From Candidatus Peribacteria bacterium (lineage in GTDB: Bacteria > Patescibacteriota > Gracilibacteria > Peribacterales > Peribacteraceae): a stretch of DNA of 64,000 nt. The stretch's first letter is position 1. Each line of letters starts with the position of its first letter. The stretch is taken from assembly GCA_016866875.1 (NCBI GenBank), contig VGKY01000001.1:56057-120056 (forward strand), written 5' to 3'. Positions 10,024-19,031 of this stretch are shown piece by piece. A program made the position numbers and the translations under genes. The notes under the pieces are model-generated. The model was given only the letters and a program-made list of their open reading frames with translations. It was not told the origin of the DNA and did no database searches.

Positions 10024-10455
10024 CTACACTTCGCTGATTCTGACAATCTTAATCTTCTCCTCTTTGGGTATGAGGATTTTGAGGATGCAGTCTTTGCTGA
10101 ACGTCGCCTTCACCTTGCGTGGGTCCACCGCCATCGGCAGCGTCACGGTGCGCTTGAACTCCCCCCAGAAGCACTCTTGGAGATAGTAGCGGTCTTCCGG
10201 AAGCTCCTCGCCCTGGCGGCGCATGCCGCGGATGGTGAGCGTGCGGTCATCCACCTCGATGTCGAGATCGCTCAAGCGCACGCCCGCGATGGGCGCACGA
10301 ATGATGATGTAGTCATCGATCTCGTAAATGTCGACGGCGATCTGCCCCACACCCTTCGGGGGGGTGGATTTCTTCTGCGCTGGCGCGCCCTCCGGCTCCG
10401 CGCTCTGCGCAGTCTGGAATGCTGAGAAAATCCCGTGGAAGGGCGACGATGCCAT
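10024..10455 (-). CDS. Hsp20/alpha-crystallin small heat-shock protein
   Basis: 143 aa. DIYEIDDYIIIRAPIAGV...LTIRG...FKRTVTLP...ATFSKDCILKILIPK is the ACD pattern. Confidence 0.9.
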   Translation of the reverse strand: MASSPFHGIFSAFQTAQSAEPEGAPAQKKSTPPKGVGQIAVDIYEIDDYIIIRAPIAGVRLSDLDIEVDDRTLTIRGMRRQGEELPEDRYYLQECFWGEFKRTVTLPMAVDPRKVKATFSKDCILKILIPKEEKIKIVRISEV

Positions 10456-10536
10456 CTCGGTACGCCATGATACGCATGGGAAGTGCGTTTTGGCAAAGTG
10501 AATGCATATTGCAGTAGGAGCGCAGGGAAGCGTTTC

Positions 10537-10595
10537 CCTACTGCGCTACAGTCCTACTGCGCTACAGTCCTATTGCGCTACAGTCCTATTGCGCT
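10537..10595. repeat. 16-bp tandem repeat x3.7 (CCTAYTGCGCTACAGT)
   Basis: Units at 10537, 10553 and 10569, partial unit at 10585. Lies in the divergent hsp20/uppP intergenic region and ends 5 nt before the uppP ATG. Confidence 0.9.
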
Positions 10596-10599
10596 CCTC

Positions 10600-11379
10600 A
10601 TGACCACGACTCAGTCCATCATTCTCGGCGCAGTTCAGGGTCTCACAGAATTTCTTCCGGTGAGCAGTACCGCCCATCTCATGCTTGCACAACACGCGAT
10701 GGGCCTGTCGACGGACTTGCACGGGTTTGACATTCTTCTGCATGCGGGGACGCTCATCGCGCTCGTGATCTGCTATCCGCGGGAGTGGTGGTCGATGGCC
10801 TGCAGCCCCTTCAACGACGACAAGGTTGCGCGCAGGATGCTTTGGCTACTCATCCTCGCTACCGTTCCGGGTGCATGCGCCGGAGCGCTCTTTGCCGAGG
10901 CTGTTACCCAAGCGATGGAATCGATCCAGTGGCTCGGCGTACAACTTCTCATCAACGCTGCCTTTCTCGTGATCGCTGAACGCCACCGAGGGGTCCGCTC
11001 CCGTGATGCCCTTGCCCCTTCCGATGCCCTCATCATCGGAGCGGCGCAGGCTGTTGCCCTTGTTCCGGGGATCTCCCGTTCGGCCATCACGATCGCTGCT
11101 GCCCGCATGCGATCGGTCGAGCGCCGGGCAGCTCTGGATTTTTCCTTCCTCATGGCCACTCCCATTATCGCAGGAGCATCGGTATTTGCCGCATCGCATA
11201 TTGTGTCGGGAGCGACGTCTATTCCCTCGCTTGCGGTGATCATCGCCGGCATGGTTGCCGCATGCGTTGCAAGCATCGCTGCTATCCGCATGTTGCGCGC
11301 GATTGTCGCACGCAGAAGCCTCGCAATCTTCGCGTGGTATCTCGTCCCACTGGGGCTCTTGCTTTGTGTGAGAGTTTGA
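10600..11379 (+). CDS. uppP: Undecaprenyl-diphosphatase
   Basis: MTTTQSIILGAVQGLTEFLPVSSTAHL is the BacA/UppP N-terminal signature. Multi-pass membrane protein. ORF-track start 10483 rejected because it reads through the tandem repeat. Confidence 0.9.
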   Translation: MTTTQSIILGAVQGLTEFLPVSSTAHLMLAQHAMGLSTDLHGFDILLHAGTLIALVICYPREWWSMACSPFNDDKVARRMLWLLILATVPGACAGALFAEAVTQAMESIQWLGVQLLINAAFLVIAERHRGVRSRDALAPSDALIIGAAQAVALVPGISRSAITIAAARMRSVERRAALDFSFLMATPIIAGASVFAASHIVSGATSIPSLAVIIAGMVAACVASIAAIRMLRAIVARRSLAIFAWYLVPLGLLLCVRV

Positions 11380-11453
11380 GACAAGATGCTGTCCCTGTAA
11401 GCTCCATGAAGAACTGTGGAGCGTTCACCCTTCAATTTTTTCTCGCCATTCCT

Positions 11454-11678
11454 ATGTCTTCCGTGCAACTTCGCAACGCCATCAAGCGCCTCCGTTTTGA
11501 ACGCGGCATGACACAGGAGGAACTGGCATTGCGCACGGGAGTGAGTCGGCAGACCATCATGAGCATCGAGCGTGGTCAGACAAATCCTTCCGTACTCCTC
11601 GCGTTCAAGATCGCGGCAGCGCTCAACGTCGGCGTCACGGATGCCTTCCAGATCGAGGGGAATCTCGTTCCGGTCTAG
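11454..11678 (+). CDS. XRE-family transcriptional regulator
   Basis: 74 aa. LRFERGMTQEELALRTGVSRQTIMSIERGQTNPSVLLAFKIAAAL is a canonical HTH_3. Confidence 0.8.
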   Translation: MSSVQLRNAIKRLRFERGMTQEELALRTGVSRQTIMSIERGQTNPSVLLAFKIAAALNVGVTDAFQIEGNLVPV

Positions 11679-11720
11679 GAGAAAAAAGCAGCGAATGACA
11701 TGCACTGAGGAAGCATCTCC

Positions 11721-13397
11721 TTAAGCGTTTCTCGTTTGCATGTCTTCTACGAAAAGCTGCACCTGCGCTCTTCCTTGCCATGCATTGATGCCGATGCGGC
11801 ACAGTGCATCGATCGTTTTGGAGATGCCCATCTCATGATCGCCGAACCCAAAGGCAATGGCCTTGTGGGTTCCGAGTCGCATCTGCAGGTGTTTGCCGTC
11901 GTCTCCCACACGTCGTTTGTCGAGTACGGGTACGTCGCGCAGGAGAAACTTCGGTTCAGGATTCCCCTGCCCAAAGGGCTCGAGCTGACGAAGAGATGTG
12001 GCAAGAGCCAGGGATACTTCCTCCGCAGGGAGCAAGGCATCGACCTCGATTGTCGGCACGAAATCCTCAGCAGCGCACTCTGTGAGGATGTCTTGCTCGA
12101 GGTTCTTGCACACGTCATCCCACTGTTCTGCGGGGAAGCTGCACCCTGCGGCCTGCGCATGCCCCCCAAAAGATTTCAGAAGATGACTGATGCGCCGCAA
12201 TCCTTCGGTGACGTGGTAGCGGGCGGGGCTGCGCAGGGATGCAGTGATGTGGTCTCCACACACGACGCCGATCATGCTCGGGCAGCCCGTGGATTCCGCG
12301 AGCCGGCCTGCAATGAGCCCGATGATGCCGTGCGGGTACTCGGCGTGCGCGCTTGCCTTGAGCACCGTTGGTTGCCGTGCGATGTCCGCGAACGCTTGAT
12401 CGACCAGGTGCGCGGTGGTTTCTTGGCGCATTTTATTAAGCGCATGCAGGCGTTCCAGTGGCGCTCCTCCCTGCAGCAGGGCATGCAAGGCTATGGCGGG
12501 GTCATCCATGCGCCCTGCGGCATTGAGTCGAGGGGCGATACGGAATGCAACGTCCGTACTCGTGATGCGTCCCGATGTCGTCTCCTCGCGAAGTTTCGCT
12601 AAGGGCCCCGTCTCCAGATCCTGGAGCGAGCGCAGGCCATCCTGTACCAGTTGCCGGTTGATGCCCCGCAGCTCCACGAGATCGCCGACGGTCCCCATCA
12701 TGGCTAGTGCGCGGTCGGTATGCATGTCCTCCCACACAGGCCCCTCGAGTCCTTGGAGAAAAAGGAATGCCATGCCGGCACCTGAGGGATGCGGCGGGGA
12801 AAATCCGGGAGTAAGCCCCGGGTGAAGGATGGCGTACGCTGGCGGGAGCTCCTCGGGGACATGGTGATGATCGACCACAATGACGTCGATGCCTTTGCTC
12901 TGCAGCAATGCAATGGGCTCGATAGCAGTTATGCCCGTATCCACGGTAATGAGCAGGCTCATGCCATGCTCGATCCATTCTTCGGCGATCTTTGCCGTGA
13001 GCCCGTATCCGTCATGTACCCGGTGCGGCAGACGCACCACAGGCTCTTGTCCGCAGCGGCGGATGTAGCGAACGATTTGGGCGACGCCGGTGATGCCATC
13101 GCAGTCGTAGTCCCCGAAGATGCCTACGCGCTCCGAGGATTTCATCGCCGCATGCACGCGTTGCACGGCGCGCGCCATATCGGGAGGCATGGGGTAGGGC
13201 GTCGGCTGGGCGCTGAGACCGCGCTCTCGCGCGAGATCCATAGCCAGCGTCCTGGCGCGCACTCCTTGCAGGGACTCCAGAGGGAGTCCTCCTCTGGCGA
13301 TCCACCGTTTTTTGGTCAGAGACGTAAGTGTTGCCATGGAGCTGCACAGTACCAGAGACGTTCCTGGAACCATGCATTTTCCCTGCGTCAGGTTCAA
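11721..13397 (-). CDS. recJ: Single-stranded-DNA-specific exonuclease RecJ
   Basis: DHH motifs (IFGDYDCDGITG, TVDTGI, VVDHHH) and DHHA1 (GGHAQAAG). The start could instead be the internal MATLTS. Confidence 0.9.
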   Translation of the reverse strand: MNLTQGKCMVPGTSLVLCSSMATLTSLTKKRWIARGGLPLESLQGVRARTLAMDLARERGLSAQPTPYPMPPDMARAVQRVHAAMKSSERVGIFGDYDCDGITGVAQIVRYIRRCGQEPVVRLPHRVHDGYGLTAKIAEEWIEHGMSLLITVDTGITAIEPIALLQSKGIDVIVVDHHHVPEELPPAYAILHPGLTPGFSPPHPSGAGMAFLFLQGLEGPVWEDMHTDRALAMMGTVGDLVELRGINRQLVQDGLRSLQDLETGPLAKLREETTSGRITSTDVAFRIAPRLNAAGRMDDPAIALHALLQGGAPLERLHALNKMRQETTAHLVDQAFADIARQPTVLKASAHAEYPHGIIGLIAGRLAESTGCPSMIGVVCGDHITASLRSPARYHVTEGLRRISHLLKSFGGHAQAAGCSFPAEQWDDVCKNLEQDILTECAAEDFVPTIEVDALLPAEEVSLALATSLRQLEPFGQGNPEPKFLLRDVPVLDKRRVGDDGKHLQMRLGTHKAIAFGFGDHEMGISKTIDALCRIGINAWQGRAQVQLFVEDMQTRNA

Positions 13398-13451
13398 AGA
13401 CGCCTTGTCTGAAGAGCAGATAGCAGTTCTTTCGCGATGGAGAACGGTGGC

Positions 13452-13985
13452 CTAGAGCACCTGGCGCTCTGAGCGCTTTGCGCGCCTGAGCGTCCATCCT
13501 ACGGCTCCTATGAGCGTCGTCGCGGCGACCCAGGCGCCGGCTCCCGTCGGGGCGAGATCGGGGCGATTTCCGAGGAGAACCTGTCCCCGCGTTGGTGCTC
13601 CGTACTGGAGGACGCGCTGGCGGTCAGTGATGCGGTCCAGCAGCCTGATGGTGCGCAGCAGGTCCAGGTCACTTGCGGAGAGATCGGCAGAAGCCGCGTC
13701 TTCCGATGGATATACTTCTTCATCCAGCGCGTCCTCCTCCGGGATCTCTTCCGGTGCCGCTGCAGGGACGAAATGCGCCTCCTGTTCACGCACTCTGCGT
13801 TCCGTGCTTACATTTCTCTGGCGTGCGACGCGATCCTTCGCTCCCCTTTTAGAGGGGGGAAGATAAAACTCGCTACTGAGGAGCACCTCTTCCGGCGTCA
13901 TGTAGGCAGCCGTCGTCATAGGGAGCATGCACCCGATGGCAATGATGATGGGGAGAAGCCTGCGGAGGGTCGGTGAGGGCATCAC
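13452..13985 (-). CDS. Secreted hypothetical protein with LAPTG-type C-terminal sorting signal
   Basis: N-terminal signal/TM LLPIIIAIGCMLPMTTAAY. C-terminus LAPTGAGAWVAATTLIGAVGWTLRRAKRSERQVL. Confidence 0.55.
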   Translation of the reverse strand: MMPSPTLRRLLPIIIAIGCMLPMTTAAYMTPEEVLLSSEFYLPPSKRGAKDRVARQRNVSTERRVREQEAHFVPAAAPEEIPEEDALDEEVYPSEDAASADLSASDLDLLRTIRLLDRITDRQRVLQYGAPTRGQVLLGNRPDLAPTGAGAWVAATTLIGAVGWTLRRAKRSERQVL

Positions 13986-14017
13986 AGTATTGTAGCAGAA
14001 TCAGTGTCCAGAGGCAA

Positions 14018-15037
14018 TCAGCAATCCGTGCCGCCTCCGAGCTCGCAGAGGAATATCTCATGGAGGTCGAGAATACCGTCGCGATCCGAATCCTTGAGGA
14101 GTGGGCTACTTTCCTCTTCGTCGAGTTTGCCGTTGATATTCTTGTCCTCTCCGCGGAGCTTCTTGCCGTTCTCGACCCTGCAGAGGCCGTCGCACAGCCC
14201 GTCATCATCGGTATCCCACTTCATCGCATCGGTCTCGCCGAGATCACGCTTGCCGTTGTGGTTCCTGTCCTCGAGCCCGTCGATGAGGCCGTCGCCGTCG
14301 CTGTCTCTGAGTAGGGGGTTGGTTCCGAGGAAGAAGATTTCCCGTCCGTCGCTCACGCCATCGGCGTCCGTATCCGCGTTTAGAGGGCTGGTCCCGACAT
14401 CTCGCTCCACTGCCGTATTGGCAAGGTCGCCGTCCTCGTCTATGCCGATGGGCAGTGGAATTTCGGACATGAGGAAGCACGACGTCCCTGCGTGGAACTT
14501 CTCGATTTGGTGGCGAATCGCACCACGGTAGAAGCGTTCCTGATTGAGGTCAGCTTCCTGCAGATTCTCTACCGTATTGAAGCGGTTCTGGCGGCTATTC
14601 ATCTGTTGCTCGATGCGCATAGTGCGCTCCTTGAGCGACAGGAAAATCTTTCCGGGAAATTGCTTTGTGGCGCGCGCGCTATTGGCATCGTCGTTCTCCG
14701 GGAAGCAGTATCCCCAGAACCGCGACACCTTTCCGCGGAATCCCGTGATCACGTCGAGCGTCATATTCTTTGCGTCATCGGGAATCTGGATGATCACATT
14801 GGTGTTTGCTGGCGCCGTCGCCCCGGTGACCATCTGATGCGGCTGAATGATCTTCCAGGGGACCTGGCCACGCATGTGCGCGGGCAGGAGCCGTCCCTCC
14901 AGTCGCATGTCGTGATGTACGGCGGTCGAAACGATGCCGAGCGTGAGCATGCCGAGGATCAGAGTCGTCCACTGCATCGTCTTCTGCGTTCCGTGGAGGA
15001 GATTTCGGGGCATCAGGGCATTATAGCAGTTTTCCAC
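14018..15037 (-). CDS. Membrane-anchored protein with thrombospondin type-3-like Ca-binding repeats
   Basis: N-terminal TM, then repeated D-x-D-x-D-G motifs (NADTDADGVSDG, RDSDGDGLIDG, WDTDDDGLCDG, KDSDRDGILD). Confidence 0.7.
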   Translation of the reverse strand: MENCYNALMPRNLLHGTQKTMQWTTLILGMLTLGIVSTAVHHDMRLEGRLLPAHMRGQVPWKIIQPHQMVTGATAPANTNVIIQIPDDAKNMTLDVITGFRGKVSRFWGYCFPENDDANSARATKQFPGKIFLSLKERTMRIEQQMNSRQNRFNTVENLQEADLNQERFYRGAIRHQIEKFHAGTSCFLMSEIPLPIGIDEDGDLANTAVERDVGTSPLNADTDADGVSDGREIFFLGTNPLLRDSDGDGLIDGLEDRNHNGKRDLGETDAMKWDTDDDGLCDGLCRVENGKKLRGEDKNINGKLDEEESSPLLKDSDRDGILDLHEIFLCELGGGTDC

Positions 15038-15123
15038 GGTTTTTTGTAGGGCCCATATGCCTCATGAAGCTGCTATCTGCAGAGCTTTCTGGCTTTTGCG
15101 CTCAGAGCATTGCCCGTTGCGCT

Positions 15124-16221
15124 ATGCTCCTACACGTGTCCAAGGACCTCTACGCCGTTCTCGGTCTGAATCGTGATGCCTCTCCCGAGGACATCAAGAA
15201 GGCGTACCGTCGCTTGAGCAAGGAGCACCACCCCGATAAGCATGCTTCTGGGGCCACGCATGCCAAGAAGGAGGCCGAGCATAAGTTCAAGGAGATCAAC
15301 GAGGCATACGAGGTGCTCTCCGATCCCGAGAAGCGTCGCAAGTACGATCAGTTCGGATCGACGGGCGCCTCGGGGCCTGGGGGTTTTGATTTCAGTGGTT
15401 TTTCGGGAATGCGTCCCGAGGAATTTGGCGGATTCTCCGATCTCTTCGAGACGTTCTTCGGGGGTCGTGGTGGCCGGGGATCAAAGCATGAGCAGCGCGG
15501 CAGAGATCTGGAGATGCAGGTCAGGATCAGCTTTGCGCAGAGCGTTTCCGGTACTCAGCAATCACTCCCGCTCCGGCGCCTCGCTGTCTGCACGGATTGC
15601 GGTGGCAGCGGTGCTGCCAAGGGATCTGCTCTTGTGACATGCGGCGAGTGCGGCGGGACGGGGCAGGTCACGAAGACCGCGCAATCGTTCTTCGGGGCCA
15701 TTCGTCAGAGTGCGGTCTGCAACCGCTGCCGTGGAGCGGGCAAGCGTCCGGAGAAGACGTGCACGTTGTGCGACGGTGAGGGGAGAAGGATGAGGGACGA
15801 TAGCGTGACGGTCGATATCCCTGCCGGCATCGACGACGGCCAGACCATCCGTTTGCGTGGGTACGGCGAAGCGGGAGTGATGGGCAGCACACCTGGTGAT
15901 CTCTTTGTGCTCGTGCGCGTCATGCCCGATGCACGCTTTGCCCGCGAGGGGAATGATATCCATGCGAAGCTCACCATCGGCATCCCCGACGCCGCCCTTG
16001 GCGTCGAGATCCCCGTGGAGACCGTGCATGGATCGGTGTCTCTACGCATTCCCGCCGGGGTGCAGCCGGGGCAGGTGCTTAGGATCAGAGGGAAGGGCAT
16101 GCCGCAATTGCGCTCCAAGTCTCATGGGGATCACTATGTCACGATCGTCGTGCGCGTTCCGGAGAAGCTCTCGAAGGAGGAGCGGCGCTTGCTCGAGGAG
16201 TGGCGCACACTCTCCGCGTAG
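15124..16221 (+). CDS. dnaJ: Chaperone DnaJ
   Basis: J domain (DLYAVLGLNRDASPEDIKKAYRRLSKEHHPDK), G/F region and four CxxCxGxG zinc motifs. The start could be the GTG at 15136. Confidence 0.95.
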   Translation: MLLHVSKDLYAVLGLNRDASPEDIKKAYRRLSKEHHPDKHASGATHAKKEAEHKFKEINEAYEVLSDPEKRRKYDQFGSTGASGPGGFDFSGFSGMRPEEFGGFSDLFETFFGGRGGRGSKHEQRGRDLEMQVRISFAQSVSGTQQSLPLRRLAVCTDCGGSGAAKGSALVTCGECGGTGQVTKTAQSFFGAIRQSAVCNRCRGAGKRPEKTCTLCDGEGRRMRDDSVTVDIPAGIDDGQTIRLRGYGEAGVMGSTPGDLFVLVRVMPDARFAREGNDIHAKLTIGIPDAALGVEIPVETVHGSVSLRIPAGVQPGQVLRIRGKGMPQLRSKSHGDHYVTIVVRVPEKLSKEERRLLEEWRTLSA

Positions 16222-16270
16222 TTGCTCAAGTATGCCTTGCCGGAACGGTTGTGGTACTCTTCCCTCCGCT

Positions 16271-18286
16271 ATGCCTCGTAAGGCTACACCCTATCGTTTC
16301 GGGGTGGGATCCGTGATCGTGTCGGCGTTGCTCAGTGCATGGGTACTCACATGGATCCCCTCTCCACATTCGGATGAACCTCCCGTGGCTCAGGTCATGA
16401 TGGGGGGCGAGGTTGGTATGGTGAGCGGCACGATGTCGAGCGTGGGCGGCGATTTTGGCAATGTGGGAACTATGGGCATGAGCAGCACGGGCGGCAATAC
16501 CTCCAGCATGGATATGATTGGCGGCGATAAGGGCGGGGCAGGAGGAAACAGTGTCCCGCCTATGTCGAGCTCCGGCGGTGTGGGAGGTGATATGGGCGAT
16601 ATGGGCAATGTTGGTGCATTGGGGAATTTTTCCAGCGAAGCGCAGAGTTCTAGTAGGGCACCCGGGTCCTCCGCTGCCCCGCCGCAGTCATCCTCCGCCC
16701 TGCCTCCGGCATCTTCCTCCGATCCTCCTCCGTCCTCCTCCAGCGCCGCATCGCGATGGTGTGGTGACGGCAGGACGGATGCTCCGGAAACATGCGATCC
16801 CTGTTCGCCGGTTGGTAGGGTTGCCACAGATCCCAACTGCAATGCTGTGTGCTCCGTGGGCCGCTGTGGTGACGGCTTCCTCGACCGCAGGCGCGGAGAG
16901 GAATGTGATTACGTCGGACTGGTTTTCGATGCCGCCTCCGATCCAAGCGTAACGCGGGACGAGTCAACATTTGGAAGGTGTGCATCGGATGCATCGTGTG
17001 GAGACGGCTACTGTCTCTACGGACAGTGCTGGCCCCTGAAGTGGATCGCCTACTGGAACTGGAGCGATGTTGCCCTCTGTCCGCAGACGTGGTCCACCTC
17101 TACCACCTGGACTCTTCCCAACGTGCAGACGGGGTCGCCTTGTAACGATTTCACCGATCCCCGATGCAGAGAGTTTTCCGGTGACGGGTGTACCATCAGC
17201 TGCAAGCTGGAGCGCTGCGGCGATCGTATCGTACAAGCGGGGTACACCAACCCCGCAGGCAAACACTATGGTCTTTCGGAGCAGTGCGATGATGGCAACA
17301 CCGACTCCGGCGACGGCTGCTCCGATCGTTGTCAGCTGGAAAGCGGTAGCAGCGCATGGGGCGTTCCCCTGGTCTCCTCATCTGCCGCATCGTCTTCCGC
17401 ACCCCCATCGAGCGTACTAGCATCTTCTCAGGAAATGGAACTCATCTGCGGCGACGGGATTCTCAGTCCCGGCGAGGAGTGCGACGACGGCGATCAAAAT
17501 AGCGCCACAGTATCTGGGGCCTGTCGTCTCGATTGTCGACGCGCCCGCTGCGGAGATTTCGTCGCAGATTACATCCTCGGAGAGCAGTGTGATCAGGGCG
17601 TAGGCAACAGCGACGTCACTCCGGACCGCTGCCGCACAGCCTGCAAGCTTCCGCGTTGCGGCGATGCGGTGGTCGATACTGGCGAGACCTGTGACGATGG
17701 AAACAGTGCGGCTGGTGACGGTTGCTCGCCCTTCTGCATCTGGGAGTCTTTGACCCAGATGCGCCCGAGTTGCGGGGATGCACGCATGCAGTCTGGGGAG
17801 ACCTGCGATGACGGCAACACCGTCTCCGGCGACGGTTGCTCCTCTCTCTGTCAGGCAGAGCTGGTGCTTGGTCTGCGGGAAGAAATCAACCCTATGCTGG
17901 TCACCGAAGGCTTGGTGTGCGGCGATGGCGTCCTAAGCCCGGGCGAAGCATGTGATGACGGCAACCCCTTCGGTGGAGACGGCTGTTCTCCCATCTGTGC
18001 CCTTGAGAGTTCCGTCTGCGGTGACGGCGTCTTGGCTGCCGGAGAGCAGTGTGATCCTCCAGGGCCGACCTGCAGCCAAGCCTGCACCCTCATTGCCGAT
18101 CTGAAGTCCGCAGCCGACCTCCCGCCTCCGCTGCCCCTCGCGCTCATGCCCTACGCGTTCGTTGCTCTTCCGCCCACGTCGGCCCCCATCGCTGACACAG
18201 GCCCCGCAGCTATCGCCGTGATGGCATCCGGAGCGGCCGCAGCGGTGGGATGGTTACGACGGAAAAAAGTAGCAGCTAGAAAATAG
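16271..18286 (+). CDS. Secreted cysteine-rich-repeat protein with Met/Gly/Ser-rich region and IADTG-type C-terminal signal
   Basis: Start chosen after the dnaJ stop (MPRKATPYRFGVGSVIVSALLSAW). At least 8 repeats of CGDG..GE.CDDGN...GDGCS..C, the Myxococcus-type cysteine-rich repeat pattern. Confidence 0.75.
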   Translation: MPRKATPYRFGVGSVIVSALLSAWVLTWIPSPHSDEPPVAQVMMGGEVGMVSGTMSSVGGDFGNVGTMGMSSTGGNTSSMDMIGGDKGGAGGNSVPPMSSSGGVGGDMGDMGNVGALGNFSSEAQSSSRAPGSSAAPPQSSSALPPASSSDPPPSSSSAASRWCGDGRTDAPETCDPCSPVGRVATDPNCNAVCSVGRCGDGFLDRRRGEECDYVGLVFDAASDPSVTRDESTFGRCASDASCGDGYCLYGQCWPLKWIAYWNWSDVALCPQTWSTSTTWTLPNVQTGSPCNDFTDPRCREFSGDGCTISCKLERCGDRIVQAGYTNPAGKHYGLSEQCDDGNTDSGDGCSDRCQLESGSSAWGVPLVSSSAASSSAPPSSVLASSQEMELICGDGILSPGEECDDGDQNSATVSGACRLDCRRARCGDFVADYILGEQCDQGVGNSDVTPDRCRTACKLPRCGDAVVDTGETCDDGNSAAGDGCSPFCIWESLTQMRPSCGDARMQSGETCDDGNTVSGDGCSSLCQAELVLGLREEINPMLVTEGLVCGDGVLSPGEACDDGNPFGGDGCSPICALESSVCGDGVLAAGEQCDPPGPTCSQACTLIADLKSAADLPPPLPLALMPYAFVALPPTSAPIADTGPAAIAVMASGAAAAVGWLRRKKVAARK

Positions 18287-18321
18287 CAAGGAGCAGTGAG
18301 AAACGAGCAGATCCTCATGGG

Positions 18322-18370
18322 TACCTACTACCTACTACCTGCTACCTGCTACTTTCTACTTTCTATTTCC
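18322..18370. repeat. Heptamer array (TACCTAC)2(TACCTGC)2(TACTTTC)2 TATTTCC
   Basis: Seven contiguous 7-nt units in the convergent intergenic region between 18286 and 18382. Confidence 0.9.
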
Positions 18371-18381
18371 CAATTGCCCCC

Positions 18382-18924
18382 TTATACGTCGAGATTTTCG
18401 AGTCCATCCTCTTTGCTCTCGATCACCGGAGAGAGCTCTTCGCCACTCTTGATCGCCGACTCGTCTTTGCGTCGTAAAACGATCTGACGATACTCCCCCT
18501 CTCCCACGCTTTCTGTTGTGAGATCCTGGAGCTCTGGAGAGTTACTGACATGCAGGTGGACGATGCGGCGGAAGTAGGGGCTCATGGGTGCGAGAGCCAC
18601 GCGGCTTCCCGTGCGACGGACAAAATCCGCCTTCTGCTCCGCAACCTTGCGCACTTTGTCCTCCTGCACGCGGCGGTAGCCGTCGACGTCGAGCACGATG
18701 AAGGGTGACCGCTCCAGTTTTTCCTTCGTGCGCATGATGGACTTTGCTAGGTGTTGGACGGAATTCAGCGTTTCCCCATGCCAACCGATCAGCCGACTCG
18801 GCGCATCCGAGGCGATGTCCACCCTGGTGATGTCTCCCTCCGTGGAAACCTCCACGCCGCGAAACGGGAGATCGAGCTCGGTGAGAAGGTGGGAAACAAC
18901 ATCGGTGAGGAGGGCGGAGTCCAT
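18382..18924 (-). CDS. Jag/KhpB-like RNA-binding protein (KH + R3H)
   Basis: 180 aa. LIGWHGETLNSVQHL (KH-like) and C-terminal R3H-like LAPMSPYFRRIVHLHV. Confidence 0.8.
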   Translation of the reverse strand: MDSALLTDVVSHLLTELDLPFRGVEVSTEGDITRVDIASDAPSRLIGWHGETLNSVQHLAKSIMRTKEKLERSPFIVLDVDGYRRVQEDKVRKVAEQKADFVRRTGSRVALAPMSPYFRRIVHLHVSNSPELQDLTTESVGEGEYRQIVLRRKDESAIKSGEELSPVIESKEDGLENLDV

Positions 18925-19031
18925 GCGTGCGCAGAGTAGAGAGAAAGACGGAAAGAGGAAAGAGCAAAGGGCGCCGAGTACAACAAAGGCCTCCCTAAGG
19001 AGGCCTGAGGTGTTGCCATGGGCAAAGTCGA

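Noticed and set aside
15896-16270. N-terminal 125 aa of the 796-aa ORF overlapping dnaJ.
   Set aside because: It overlaps the well-supported dnaJ frame. A start after the dnaJ stop gives a normal signal/TM N-terminus.
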